Shown here in pieces: positions 20,970 to 29,772 of a stretch of DNA of 64,000 nt. Made by a program: the position numbers and the translations under genes. The notes under the pieces were generated by a model. It was not told the DNA's origin. It worked only from the letters and a program-made list of their open reading frames with translations, and made no database searches. Source of the stretch: a virus; UHGV virus genome UHGV-0180032. The stretch is one strand, 5' to 3'. The first letter of the stretch is position 1. Each line of letters begins with the position of its first letter.

Positions 20970-20994
20970 GCCGCGCTTTAGTCGCGGCTTTTGT
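20970..20994 (+). terminator. intrinsic terminator
   Basis: GCCGCG/CGCGGC stem followed by TTTTG. Confidence 0.5.
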
Positions 20995-21010
20995 TAAGAA
21001 GGAAATAGAA

Positions 21011-21784
21011 ATGAAAGTCCATTTAGACGACCTCTTTAAAACTGAACCGTATATGGTTAAAGGTTCATTGGCTTCACTGTTGTTAGATGATAGATTTCAT
21101 CGAACGCTCCAATTACAATCGGTCGAATCCGCACCAACAGAAGACGTGGGTCTTTATCAACGTATCACTTATACACGCGGAGAATATCGGCGATATAAAC
21201 CTGATACGCTAACCGTTAAGCTCTGGCAAGTGGCCACAGGCAAAGTATTAACTTATCGCACTGTTGGTCTGTACTACGTTGAACGTGCCTACGCGTGGTT
21301 AGAAGAAGTTAAAGAAATGGATTACGACCGCTTAAGCAAAAGACTGCGCGATAACAACGCCAGTTTACCGATACGCAATTATTTCTCCACAATTGAAAAT
21401 AGTCGTTGTTTCGTTTCACGCGAATCCATGATATTGCCTGGGGCTGATGTTCAGACGACACTAAAAGATGTGGTTGTGAGGAAAATCTTTCATGAATCTG
21501 AACACGTTGGATTTCGTATCTATTTAACTCACAAGAGGCCATTTACCGTGATTCATCTTGTTACCGTACCCGAAGGCTCAGCGGTCGTACGTGAACTTCC
21601 TGACGCACGTGACCGTAGTCCTAATGAGCCGCTTTACTTAATGTCAGGAACAAAATCAGAATCTTTGATGTCCCGTTACAGCATGGTTGATGTTGTTGAT
21701 ACTGCTATGAAGTTAGGTTGGAAAGAAGTACAGCAGCACGGCAAACAATTGCTGTTTATCGCAGATGTAAATCTCAATAACTAA
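21011..21784 (+). CDS. hypothetical protein; paralog family (C-terminal LGWKEVQQHGKQLLFIA)
   Basis: 257-aa ORF with GAAGGAAA RBS; shared C-terminal motif. Confidence 0.55.
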   Translation: MKVHLDDLFKTEPYMVKGSLASLLLDDRFHRTLQLQSVESAPTEDVGLYQRITYTRGEYRRYKPDTLTVKLWQVATGKVLTYRTVGLYYVERAYAWLEEVKEMDYDRLSKRLRDNNASLPIRNYFSTIENSRCFVSRESMILPGADVQTTLKDVVVRKIFHESEHVGFRIYLTHKRPFTVIHLVTVPEGSAVVRELPDARDRSPNEPLYLMSGTKSESLMSRYSMVDVVDTAMKLGWKEVQQHGKQLLFIADVNLNN

Positions 21785-21796
21785 AGAGGTGGTACC

Positions 21797-22375
21797 GTGT
21801 ACCGATTAATAGAAATGAGAAAAGACGTTTGGTTGGAAAACCTCGTCGATGGGGAGCTCGAGGGAATAGAGCTTTCCTTACCAGAGAGAGCGGACACGGT
21901 ATTGGCCTTTCTGGTAAAACAGGCAGACCGTGAACCGGTAGGAATCTTCACTGTGGACTATAAAGATCCACGAGGAATCCATTTACGGAACATTTGCAGT
22001 GGTTTGGAAAACTTACCGGCTAATCCGTTCTTAAACTACGCAAAACGTAAACTCCAACCGGGACAACACCTCTGGGTAACGTTATCGCCTGACGTTAGGA
22101 TCATACGTGACGATTACTCGGCGTTTGTACAGGCAACGAAAGTCAGTCTGTATAACCCGAACGCAGAGCGTACCGATATGCCGTTTATAATTACCTTAGA
22201 AGACGATGGAACGCAAGAAGGTATCGAGGCAATTACGGAATTAGTAAACTCTTATCCGGTTGCCACTATGGAGTTAGAAAACCCAAGCCGACTACCGTTG
22301 GGTGACCTGCTCGAATGGATTGAACTGAATACAGAATTCTTAATCAATTCTCGTCAGTATCGATTCGATGTTTAA
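21797..22375 (+). CDS. hypothetical protein (192 aa)
   Basis: GTG start with AGAGGTGG RBS; followed by terminator at 22380-22410. Confidence 0.5.
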   Translation: MYRLIEMRKDVWLENLVDGELEGIELSLPERADTVLAFLVKQADREPVGIFTVDYKDPRGIHLRNICSGLENLPANPFLNYAKRKLQPGQHLWVTLSPDVRIIRDDYSAFVQATKVSLYNPNAERTDMPFIITLEDDGTQEGIEAITELVNSYPVATMELENPSRLPLGDLLEWIELNTEFLINSRQYRFDV

Positions 22376-22379
22376 CAAC

Positions 22380-22410
22380 GGTGGGGTGTAAGCCCCACCT
22401 TTTATTTTTT
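22380..22410 (+). terminator. intrinsic terminator
   Basis: GGTGGGG/CCCCACC stem followed by TTTTATTTTTT. Confidence 0.7.
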
Positions 22411-22434
22411 GTTCGCTGACATTAAAAATAATCT

Positions 22435-22457
22435 CAGATATATATTACTCAGGTGAG
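22435..22457 (+). promoter_or_regulatory. conserved promoter-like motif, copy 2
   Basis: CAGATATATATTACTCAGGTGAG; followed by hairpin 22456-22474; upstream of the secreted-protein gene cluster. Confidence 0.4.
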
Positions 22458-22504
22458 AGTTAAGATTAACTCTTTTACTTGGTAACCCCACGAGGAGCAA
22501 AACA

Positions 22505-22966
22505 ATGAAAATCTTCACTTCCTTTTTAATCGCCCTTTTCGCAATCGGATTCAATACTGCACACGCCGCAATCAATAGCTGGGAACAACTACCGAACCCA
22601 GGTCAGGCTGTTTACGAAATTGAAGATACCGCCGGAAACGGACTGTCTATCAACTGTGACACTGAAACTGCGAATCGCAAATTTTACGGTCGCATGGTTT
22701 GGTATTACGGGGAACCTGTAGGTGCAACTAACGCTGAAGACAACACGTTGGATATTGTCGTAAATGGCAAAACCTACAACATCCCTACCGTGGATGGTAG
22801 TGACAAAGCAGAACTCGCTTGGGTGGCTTTCGTTAACGCTATCGGTAACGCCAAAACGTTCAGTGTGAATATCAATGGTAACGAAGCTGCTAACTTTACC
22901 GTAGAAGGCGAACGTCTGTCGGAAACTTTCTTCCAGAACTGTGGACACACCCGTCCTAACAAATAA
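22505..22966 (+). CDS. secreted/periplasmic hypothetical protein
   Basis: N-terminal signal-peptide-like segment MKIFTSFLIALFAIGFNTAHA; GAGGAG RBS. Confidence 0.55.
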   Translation: MKIFTSFLIALFAIGFNTAHAAINSWEQLPNPGQAVYEIEDTAGNGLSINCDTETANRKFYGRMVWYYGEPVGATNAEDNTLDIVVNGKTYNIPTVDGSDKAELAWVAFVNAIGNAKTFSVNINGNEAANFTVEGERLSETFFQNCGHTRPNK

Positions 22967-22988
22967 GTATTAATCTTTTTTAGAGTGC

Positions 22989-23381
22989 GTGAAAATGAAT
23001 ATCAGAACTATACTTTATACAATCATTATTTTCTGTGCAATCGGCATTACTGGCACTTATGCTTTCGGTGGCTCGGATGTCAGCCATTACGAACCGGCTC
23101 CTGACTCACCGATTATCAACCCGGATGAGTCCCCTACGTTAATGCGCAGTTTCGGTAAACTGCAAGTTTATCGCTTAGTACGTGGTGAAACGTGTACCGG
23201 ATTACTCATTGCTGACACCCGTGCACAAGTCTACCAACGTCTGACGGATATCGCCTGCGAACAACCAAAAGTCATGTCGGTCAGTATTCATCCGTTAGAG
23301 GTCGGTAATTATACTGCTGTGGACTTCTTCCATAATGCAGAACTGATTGGCCGTATTACTTTAAATCGTAGCGCTGAATAA
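22989..23381 (+). CDS. secreted/periplasmic hypothetical protein
   Basis: N-terminal hydrophobic leader ...ILYTIIIFCAIGITGTYA; start could be GTG 22989 or ATG 22995. Confidence 0.5.
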   Translation: MKMNIRTILYTIIIFCAIGITGTYAFGGSDVSHYEPAPDSPIINPDESPTLMRSFGKLQVYRLVRGETCTGLLIADTRAQVYQRLTDIACEQPKVMSVSIHPLEVGNYTAVDFFHNAELIGRITLNRSAE

Positions 23382-23399
23382 TTTAATGGAGAATTTACA

Positions 23400-23888
23400 A
23401 TGAAACGTTTACACACCCTGATGTTCTTCGTGGCTATTCTTTTCACAGGCTTTACCTTTAACGCAGAAGCGGCTACCGTAAAACAAGCTCTTAGCTGTAA
23501 CCCGGAAGCCTGGGCTGAACAACCTGGTGCGTGTCCATCAACGTACGAGTTGTACGAAGGTGACGCTACCTACAAAGCCGCTATCGACAAAGCATTAAAA
23601 CCGGTCGGACTGAGCGGCATGTTCGGTAAAGGCGGCTATATGGATGGCCCTGGTGGAGGTATCACGCCAGTAAACATTAACGGTACAGTCTGGCTCCAGG
23701 GCGACGGTTGCAAAGCCAATACCTGCGGCTGGGACTTTATCGTAACACTCTATAACCCAAAAACCCATGAAGTTGTTGGCTACCGTTACTTTGGTTTAGA
23801 TGACCCGGCCTACCTGGTTTGGTTCGGTGAAATTGGCGTGCATGAATTCGCGTATCTGGTGAAAAACTACGTAGCTGCGGTTAACTAA
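23400..23888 (+). CDS. secreted Ivy-like (lysozyme/lytic-transglycosylase inhibitor) candidate
   Basis: Signal peptide MKRLHTLMFFVAILFTGFTFNAEA; KGG-Y ... GCKANTCG loop resembling the Ivy C-K-x-x-x-C motif, compared against a sequence recalled from memory. Confidence 0.4.
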   Translation: MKRLHTLMFFVAILFTGFTFNAEAATVKQALSCNPEAWAEQPGACPSTYELYEGDATYKAAIDKALKPVGLSGMFGKGGYMDGPGGGITPVNINGTVWLQGDGCKANTCGWDFIVTLYNPKTHEVVGYRYFGLDDPAYLVWFGEIGVHEFAYLVKNYVAAVN

Positions 23889-23903
23889 TTTAAGGAGTCT
23901 ATC

Positions 23904-24314
23904 ATGAAAACGTTTATCAAAACTTTACTCGTTGCTGTAACTGTTCTGTTCTCTCTTAACGTGGCAGCAAAAACAGTAAAACTACCGGCGGGTATCAAAT
24001 ACGTCAACAGTACCGATGAATTCTACTGCACAGAAATTGACGGTCTGTATTGCCAGACAAAGAATTTGTTTGAATACAAAGGTAACAGATATGTTTTCGT
24101 TGTTGAGCAAGGCGGTGCCTGGTGCTACGACAGCCCTATGTCGGTACTCAACCTGGAAACTTGGAAAGCACAGAAAATTGAATACAAAGACAACCAACTG
24201 TGTTCAGGCGAAAACAAACCGTTCTTCAAAATCAAAAATGGTGTCCCGACTGTAGGTATTATCGACACCTCTGGAACACCAATCGTTGTAGCTCAGGACA
24301 AACTTAAAATCTAA
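23904..24314 (+). CDS. secreted/periplasmic Cys-containing hypothetical protein
   Basis: Signal peptide MKTFIKTLLVAVTVLFSLNVAA; AAGGAG RBS; several Cys residues. Confidence 0.55.
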   Translation: MKTFIKTLLVAVTVLFSLNVAAKTVKLPAGIKYVNSTDEFYCTEIDGLYCQTKNLFEYKGNRYVFVVEQGGAWCYDSPMSVLNLETWKAQKIEYKDNQLCSGENKPFFKIKNGVPTVGIIDTSGTPIVVAQDKLKI

Positions 24315-24324
24315 GGAGTAAACC

Positions 24325-24714
24325 ATGCGTCTTATCTGCGCTTTGTTGGCGTTTTTCTCAATCGGAGTTATGGCTTCTACACACATCGACGATTTATTAC
24401 TTACCCCGGCAACGAACACAGACTATCACTACAACCCACCGGGTTTTGAAGTCTGCGAAGGCGATGCAGGCGAATGCCAAGAAGTTGGCGCAGATGGACG
24501 CTATATACTCGTAAAAGCAGACGGCGGGACAACCTGTCCTGCGGGTTATTATTTCGTACTTGACTCTGTAGCAAAAGAGGTGCTTCCTGTAACGACCAAA
24601 ACGTGTGACCCCACAGTTGTACTAACGCTTGCGAAAAGCAAATCACGTGACCGTCATCTTATCGTCATCGAAGAACGCGGTGAGATGCTAGGCGCTATCG
24701 AATTAGATTACTGA
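24325..24714 (+). CDS. secreted/periplasmic Cys-containing hypothetical protein
   Basis: Signal peptide MRLICALLAFFSIGVMAS; AAGGAG RBS; terminator follows. Confidence 0.55.
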   Translation: MRLICALLAFFSIGVMASTHIDDLLLTPATNTDYHYNPPGFEVCEGDAGECQEVGADGRYILVKADGGTTCPAGYYFVLDSVAKEVLPVTTKTCDPTVVLTLAKSKSRDRHLIVIEERGEMLGAIELDY

Positions 24715-24725
24715 TGTGTAGTCTT

Positions 24726-24763
24726 GACCCCGGTTCGTGCCGATTCGTCCGGGGTCCTTTTTA
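24726..24763 (+). terminator. intrinsic terminator
   Basis: GACCCCGG/CCGGGGTC stem followed by CTTTTT. Confidence 0.65.
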
Positions 24764-24792
24764 CGACTTGTTTTACCTAAAGGAGAATTAAA

Positions 24793-25269
24793 ATGCGTTT
24801 ATCTAATGTTTATCAAGCAGCCCAATTCCATCACGAACTGACGGCTAAGCCTGAGTATATTCGCCACAACTTAACGGTGGCATGGAAACTGTTAGTGATT
24901 GCTGATGCAGCACGGCACAACGACCAGGAAACCATTATCAAAACTGTGCGTACTTTACGCCCTATTGACCTGGAAACAATTTGGTCGTTTGACTTAACTC
25001 GAATTTATCATCGTCGTTTTAATGCGGCGGTGGATGCGATACGTCCTTATTTCCACTATTTGCAAGCAACATCGGACTGTGGTCCATCCTTAGAGTGGGT
25101 CTTGGTACAAAGCGTATGGAGCGATTACATTTATCTCCTATCTTTAGAGACGGGTGAATGCATTATCGCTAACGAGGTATTCTCAACCAACGCCGAAATG
25201 TATCGTTCCCACGCTACTATCCAGGGTGTCTCACAGCCTATCTTATCACTCACGCACTTAGGGCTGTGA
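24793..25269 (+). CDS. hypothetical protein (158 aa)
   Basis: AAAGGAGA RBS; flanked by terminators. Confidence 0.5.
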   Translation: MRLSNVYQAAQFHHELTAKPEYIRHNLTVAWKLLVIADAARHNDQETIIKTVRTLRPIDLETIWSFDLTRIYHRRFNAAVDAIRPYFHYLQATSDCGPSLEWVLVQSVWSDYIYLLSLETGECIIANEVFSTNAEMYRSHATIQGVSQPILSLTHLGL

Positions 25270-25271
25270 TT

Positions 25272-25306
25272 AGCCCGGCCCCGCTGTGTACGGGGCTTCT
25301 TTTTTG
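25272..25306 (+). terminator. intrinsic terminator
   Basis: GCCCCG/CGGGGC stem followed by TTCTTTTTT. Confidence 0.65.
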
Positions 25307-25323
25307 CCCAAGGAAACTGAAAC

Positions 25324-25932
25324 ATGAACGAAATTACTTTGGTTCGTTTTATCGAAGCGATGCATCGAAACGAAGCTAATCCGCACTCTCCGTTATTCAT
25401 CGATTTAATGGAGGAAGAAGTCGAAGGGTTCTTAGCGTACCCGCGTTTGAAAGCGTATTTCGAACGTAAAACACCAACCGCTTACGAGAAGTTGATGTAC
25501 GCGTTAGACAACCGTACTACGCTGAACACCACACCGTTTAAAGCGCTGGAAGCAATTGACCCTACCGGGGGCGCAGGTATCCCACAACGTGTTGTGTTCT
25601 ACTACATCGACAACGGCCGTATTAAAGCCGACGTTGTAAACTGGATCTCCGAAGGGGAAATCCCAGAAACGCGTACTTTTAACCTCTGTCCGGTGGAAGA
25701 AGGTTGGGTCGCAGGAACGCATTATTCCTATCCGTATCAAAGCATCAAATCGCCTTATCTGTATCCGGTGTATTTAGATGACGTTACGCCAGGCAAATGT
25801 ATTCCCGTTACCAATCTGATTTGCTTACTGACGATGGAAGTTGTTGCGTCAGATGCAGGCCAGGCTTGGGTTGAGCAATCGAAGAATATCCAAAACTGGC
25901 AGGAGATGGGTTACAAACTCTACCAGCCGTAA
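25324..25932 (+). CDS. hypothetical protein (202 aa)
   Basis: ORF between two terminators; no recognisable motif. Confidence 0.5.
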   Translation: MNEITLVRFIEAMHRNEANPHSPLFIDLMEEEVEGFLAYPRLKAYFERKTPTAYEKLMYALDNRTTLNTTPFKALEAIDPTGGAGIPQRVVFYYIDNGRIKADVVNWISEGEIPETRTFNLCPVEEGWVAGTHYSYPYQSIKSPYLYPVYLDDVTPGKCIPVTNLICLLTMEVVASDAGQAWVEQSKNIQNWQEMGYKLYQP

Positions 25933-25937
25933 TACCA

Positions 25938-25986
25938 CGAGAGAACCTTCGGGTTCTCTCCCTTCTCTTTTATTTTTTTTTCTTTT
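25938..25986 (+). terminator. intrinsic terminator
   Basis: GAGAGAACC/GGTTCTCTC stem with TTCG loop followed by a long T-run. Confidence 0.75.
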
Positions 25987-26017
25987 TACACCACGCTCCG
26001 TGAATATGGAGGTGGAC

Positions 26018-28522
26018 ATGTTAAAAGTTGAACGTATTGTACTTAAAGGATTTACCGGAATGGGGTTACACGAAATCGAAACCTTCGATTTTACTATCCA
26101 TTCCCCGACCACCATTATCCTCGGTGGTAACGGCTGCGGTAAGACCAGCTTACTGTCCGTGTTTCTACCTATCGCACCTTCGAAATCCGAATTCCGTGAC
26201 GGGGGTTCTTACACCAATATCTGTTTGGTTAACGACCATCGTTACAAGTTTAAAGTTGCACGTAAAGGCAACTCACTGGTTTGCGATATCGAGAACCTGA
26301 CGACGGGTACCAAAATCGTCGAGCAAGGTAATGCGAAAGTGTACAACTCTCGCGTGGAAGAAATCACGGGTATTACAAAAGAGATTAAAGAGTTACTGAA
26401 CGGGGAAGTGCTTTTAACCGATGCAGGAACGGAACTGCGTCGTAAGTGGTTCTACCGTTTAAGTACATCAGACTTAACGTACGCGTTAGGTTTTTATCAA
26501 CGTTTACGAAAAAACCTGACGATGCTAAACGGCGGTATTGAAATCACCAGCCGTAAAATTGCAGAGTTGCGTACCCGCGTAATTGATAACGAGGAAGAAC
26601 GACAGCAGTTAGCAACACGGTTAAAAGCATTAGAAGCAGATTTACGTGAACTCAACAAACAGATCGAACAACTGCCTGGTCTGAATCGTGACGTTACGGT
26701 GGCAACGATTCAATCGCTATTGCTTAAAATCGAAGCACCGATTAATGCTATCTTGGAACACCGTGGTGGATTACCTACGGAAGAACAGGTAGAGGAAGCA
26801 CGACGCGTTGAAGCCACTGCCCGTGAAGCGGTGGTCTCTGCTGAAACAGAACTGTCTATGCTAAACAAAGATTTGTCTTTGTTGATGGACGAGTCTACCC
26901 GCCAAGATTACCTGATGCGAAATCACGAAGGGTTAAAGAACACGGTTGCGAAACTGCGCGAGTTATTAAAGCAGTGGGACACTGAGCACCTTTTCCCTGA
27001 ACTGTTTGCGGAGACCGTTAACATCGACCAGCTTAAAGCAGCGACGGATGCGCGTGTCTGGGGACAACGTTTAGGAACAACGCTGGACGCCATTAAATCA
27101 ACGGAACGGTTGAACGTACTGGAAGAGAAACTGTTGACCTTAGACCAAAACTCGTCTGGGTTGCGTGACCGACTGCAACGTGTTGAAAACGTATTGCAGA
27201 ACCTCAACCACGAACGGAATCACTATTTGGAAACCGCCGAGGTTGATTGTCCGCAGTGTCAGTTTAAATTCCGTCCGGGTGTCCGTCGTTCTTTGCCTGA
27301 ATTGGAAGAAGCCATTCGTGGGCAGATGGAGCAACGTAATACGTTACAGACTCAACTTGATTCCGTGTTGCGAGACCGTACGGAATTAGAATCGGACGTT
27401 AATTACATGCGTCAAGTACGAGAAATCGTTTTAACATACTCGAAAGACCCGGTATTGAGTTTGTTCTTTAAACGTCTCCAGGAGCGGAATGTCTTTACGG
27501 ATAACCGCAGTCAGTTCGGCAGTTTGTGCGCAGAGTTCGATCGTGAACTTTATTCCGCAATTGAGTACCACGAAACGAAACACCGTTTCGCTAAAGCGGA
27601 AAAAGAGTGGGCAAACGCAGTTGCAGCGGTAGGTAACGTTGACGGTGCACTACAGCAGAAAATTGCCTTCCAACAGGAACGTTTGGGTAAGGCAACAGAA
27701 ACGCTCTCAGAGCGCCGTAGAGAGCACGCAGTTGCTAATGATACCTTTTGTTATCTAAACGAACTTAAAGCCACTGTAGACAATTTTAATGCGGTTTTTG
27801 AGCGTTTAGAGAACGATGTTAAGGTAACATTAACCAACACGGTGGTCGAAACGTTATTAAACGCCCGAGAAAACAAGTTGGATGCGTTCACCACAGCACG
27901 AGAACGGTATCGTCAAATGGAAAACGAACTCAACCAACTTACTGCGTTAGAAAAGGAGTTATCAGATTTACAAGCGCAGCAATTCAATAACAAGCTGATG
28001 ATTCAAGCGTTCTCGCCCGAGAAAGGGGTACTACGCAAATACTTCTACAACGCTATCGTGAGAATCACGGAATTGATGACGCGGTATATCGAACAAGTCT
28101 GGACCTACCCTATGCGGGTCATGCCGTGTGACTTAACCGACGGTGACTTAGACTACACCTTCCCAGTGCAGTTGAAAACCCATCCTGAACCGGTACCTGA
28201 CGTACGGAAAGGGTCGAAAGCACAGCGAGCCATCTTTAATTTGATGTTTCGTTTAACCGCTTACAAGGCCCTGAAACTCCATCAGTATCCGCTACTGTTG
28301 GATGAACCGTCAGAAGGGATGGATGAAGAACACCGAAATAACCTCGTTGGGTTTATTAAAACCTTGGCGAATTCCGGTGAGTTCTCTCAGTTACTGGTGG
28401 TGTCTCACGAAGCAGAAATTCATTCAAAACTTAACGAAGCCGCATACTGTGTTATTGAACCTGAAGGCGTAACACTGCCTGCGGTTTACAATGAAGGAGT
28501 AAAAATTGTCTACGCAAACTGA
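26018..28522 (+). CDS. Rad50/SbcC-like recombination ATPase (T4 gp46-like) with zinc hook
   Basis: Walker A GGNGCGKTS near the N-terminus; long heptad-rich middle with CPQC hook; C-terminal KGSKAQRAIFNLMF (signature-like), LLLDEPSEGMD (Walker B/D-loop) and VVSHE (H-loop); start 26018 (or 26006) chosen over the ORF-track 25841, which would run through the upstream terminator. Confidence 0.75.
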   Translation: MLKVERIVLKGFTGMGLHEIETFDFTIHSPTTIILGGNGCGKTSLLSVFLPIAPSKSEFRDGGSYTNICLVNDHRYKFKVARKGNSLVCDIENLTTGTKIVEQGNAKVYNSRVEEITGITKEIKELLNGEVLLTDAGTELRRKWFYRLSTSDLTYALGFYQRLRKNLTMLNGGIEITSRKIAELRTRVIDNEEERQQLATRLKALEADLRELNKQIEQLPGLNRDVTVATIQSLLLKIEAPINAILEHRGGLPTEEQVEEARRVEATAREAVVSAETELSMLNKDLSLLMDESTRQDYLMRNHEGLKNTVAKLRELLKQWDTEHLFPELFAETVNIDQLKAATDARVWGQRLGTTLDAIKSTERLNVLEEKLLTLDQNSSGLRDRLQRVENVLQNLNHERNHYLETAEVDCPQCQFKFRPGVRRSLPELEEAIRGQMEQRNTLQTQLDSVLRDRTELESDVNYMRQVREIVLTYSKDPVLSLFFKRLQERNVFTDNRSQFGSLCAEFDRELYSAIEYHETKHRFAKAEKEWANAVAAVGNVDGALQQKIAFQQERLGKATETLSERRREHAVANDTFCYLNELKATVDNFNAVFERLENDVKVTLTNTVVETLLNARENKLDAFTTARERYRQMENELNQLTALEKELSDLQAQQFNNKLMIQAFSPEKGVLRKYFYNAIVRITELMTRYIEQVWTYPMRVMPCDLTDGDLDYTFPVQLKTHPEPVPDVRKGSKAQRAIFNLMFRLTAYKALKLHQYPLLLDEPSEGMDEEHRNNLVGFIKTLANSGEFSQLLVVSHEAEIHSKLNEAAYCVIEPEGVTLPAVYNEGVKIVYAN

Positions 28523-28706
28523 TTGGTGGCGTCAGTTACTAAGCGTTTTAGGGTTTAGCGTCATGGTACTGGTTGCCATTCTGTACGTGCTATTTTGTAT
28601 AACGGCGATTTTATGGGTGGTCTTAGCGTACGCGATTAGACTCGCCTGGGGTTCAATTTGGCACCAACGCGAATGTGAGTGGCGGTGTGTTGGAGGGAAG
28701 TCATGA
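28506..28706 (+). CDS. small membrane protein
   Basis: TTG start preceded by AAGGAGT; single strong hydrophobic helix; overlaps the end of the Rad50-like gene. Confidence 0.35.
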   Translation: MSTQTDWWRQLLSVLGFSVMVLVAILYVLFCITAILWVVLAYAIRLAWGSIWHQRECEWRCVGGKS

Positions 28707-28813
28707 TTGAGGGTATTCTGTTAACACTTGGGTCGTTGTGGATTATTGGGAAATCCCTCAACTGGCTGATTAATAAGTACGGATGGGCTTTCAAAGGCTC
28801 TACGCACAGTTAA
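28703..28813 (+). CDS. small hydrophobic protein (36 aa)
   Basis: ATGA overlap with the previous ORF; GGAGGGAAG RBS; hydrophobic ...GILLTLGSLWIIG... Confidence 0.3.
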   Translation: MIEGILLTLGSLWIIGKSLNWLINKYGWAFKGSTHS

Positions 28814-28820
28814 GTTAGAA

Positions 28821-28851
28821 CCCCCTCCTGGGTAACTGGGAGGGCGTTTTA
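28821..28851 (+). terminator. intrinsic terminator (weak)
   Basis: CCCTCC/GGAGGG stem followed by CGTTTT. Confidence 0.4.
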
Positions 28852-28863
28852 CGAGGGGAAACC

Positions 28864-28992
28864 ATGACTGTTGTCAATACTACCAATGCTGCAATTGGCG
28901 CTTTATACAACGCGGAACTAACATGGGGTGCGGGATTTATTACCGTACTGCTTCTCGCCGCAGCCGCTTTTATCATTGGACGTTGGTTTTAA
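28864..28992 (+). CDS. small membrane protein (42 aa)
   Basis: GAGGGGAAACC before ATG; C-terminal helix GFITVLLLAAAAFIIGRWF. Confidence 0.3.
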   Translation: MTVVNTTNAAIGALYNAELTWGAGFITVLLLAAAAFIIGRWF

Positions 28993-29024
28993 TTTCATCT
29001 TTTTGCGTCTGTAAGGTCTGATAA

Positions 29025-29468
29025 ATGGAAATTTATTTGTTGAACGCACTTTCTAAAATCGGTGAAGAACAAGCGAAAGATTTACTCGCGCTTCATTACC
29101 GTTACTTAGATCATCAAGCAACGATGCTGAAAATCAAAACCGCTGTACCGAAATTAAACGTGCGTCAACTGATCGAAGGCAACTGTGTTGTTCTGATTTA
29201 TATCGACGATGTTGCGGTGGGTTATTGCAGTTATCGTAATCGCAACGGGGTACTCAAAATTCGTTCGTTATACGTGCTGCCTGATTACCGTCAGCGTGGG
29301 GTAATGAAAGAAATCTTCAAAGCGATAGCCGCTGATGAAGCATTCGGTGAAATTGCCATTGGGATGTACACGAAGTGCAAAGAAGCGAAAGAGTATTTCA
29401 TTCGTCGTGGCTACAAAGCAACCTATTCTCACGATAAAGAATGGGTGGATTTCAGCAAAACTTTCTAA
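29025..29468 (+). CDS. GNAT-family acetyltransferase-like protein
   Basis: 147 aa; motif ...YVLPDYRQRGVMKEIFKAI resembles GNAT motif A (R-x-x-G-x-G/A). Confidence 0.45.
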   Translation: MEIYLLNALSKIGEEQAKDLLALHYRYLDHQATMLKIKTAVPKLNVRQLIEGNCVVLIYIDDVAVGYCSYRNRNGVLKIRSLYVLPDYRQRGVMKEIFKAIAADEAFGEIAIGMYTKCKEAKEYFIRRGYKATYSHDKEWVDFSKTF

Positions 29469-29535
29469 AACAATAAAAGGCTCTCTTGACGTTCCTCACT
29501 ATGAGTGTGAGAATTTTACGTCAGGAGAGCTACTT

Positions 29536-29772
29536 ATGTTAAACAGTTTCGGTGTAGGTGGAATGGATACAAGCATTTGCTGGAAAGAATACGAACGCGC
29601 AAAAGCATTTCTCCAGCATCCCAACGTGGGCAAGATCGGTCAGGTGTGTTTTGGTAAACCTGCACTGACGGCCTGTATTCAAGGTGCGTTAGGAACGCTG
29701 CCACCTGAATCACCTTTCGAGCCTAAGGAGAATCCAGATGTTACCAGGAACCCAAACCCCGTATCTATTTAG
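29536..29772 (+). CDS. hypothetical protein (78 aa)
   Basis: ATG with AGGAGAG RBS; the ORF-track start at 29335 would overlap the GNAT gene. Confidence 0.4.
   Translation: MLNSFGVGGMDTSICWKEYERAKAFLQHPNVGKIGQVCFGKPALTACIQGALGTLPPESPFEPKENPDVTRNPNPVSI

Noticed and set aside
25841-26017. ORF-track N-terminal extension of the Rad50-like gene starting at 25841
   Set aside because: The extension runs through the terminator at 25938-25986 and the 3' end of the upstream gene; the Walker A motif lies just after the internal ATG at 26018, which has a GGAGG upstream.
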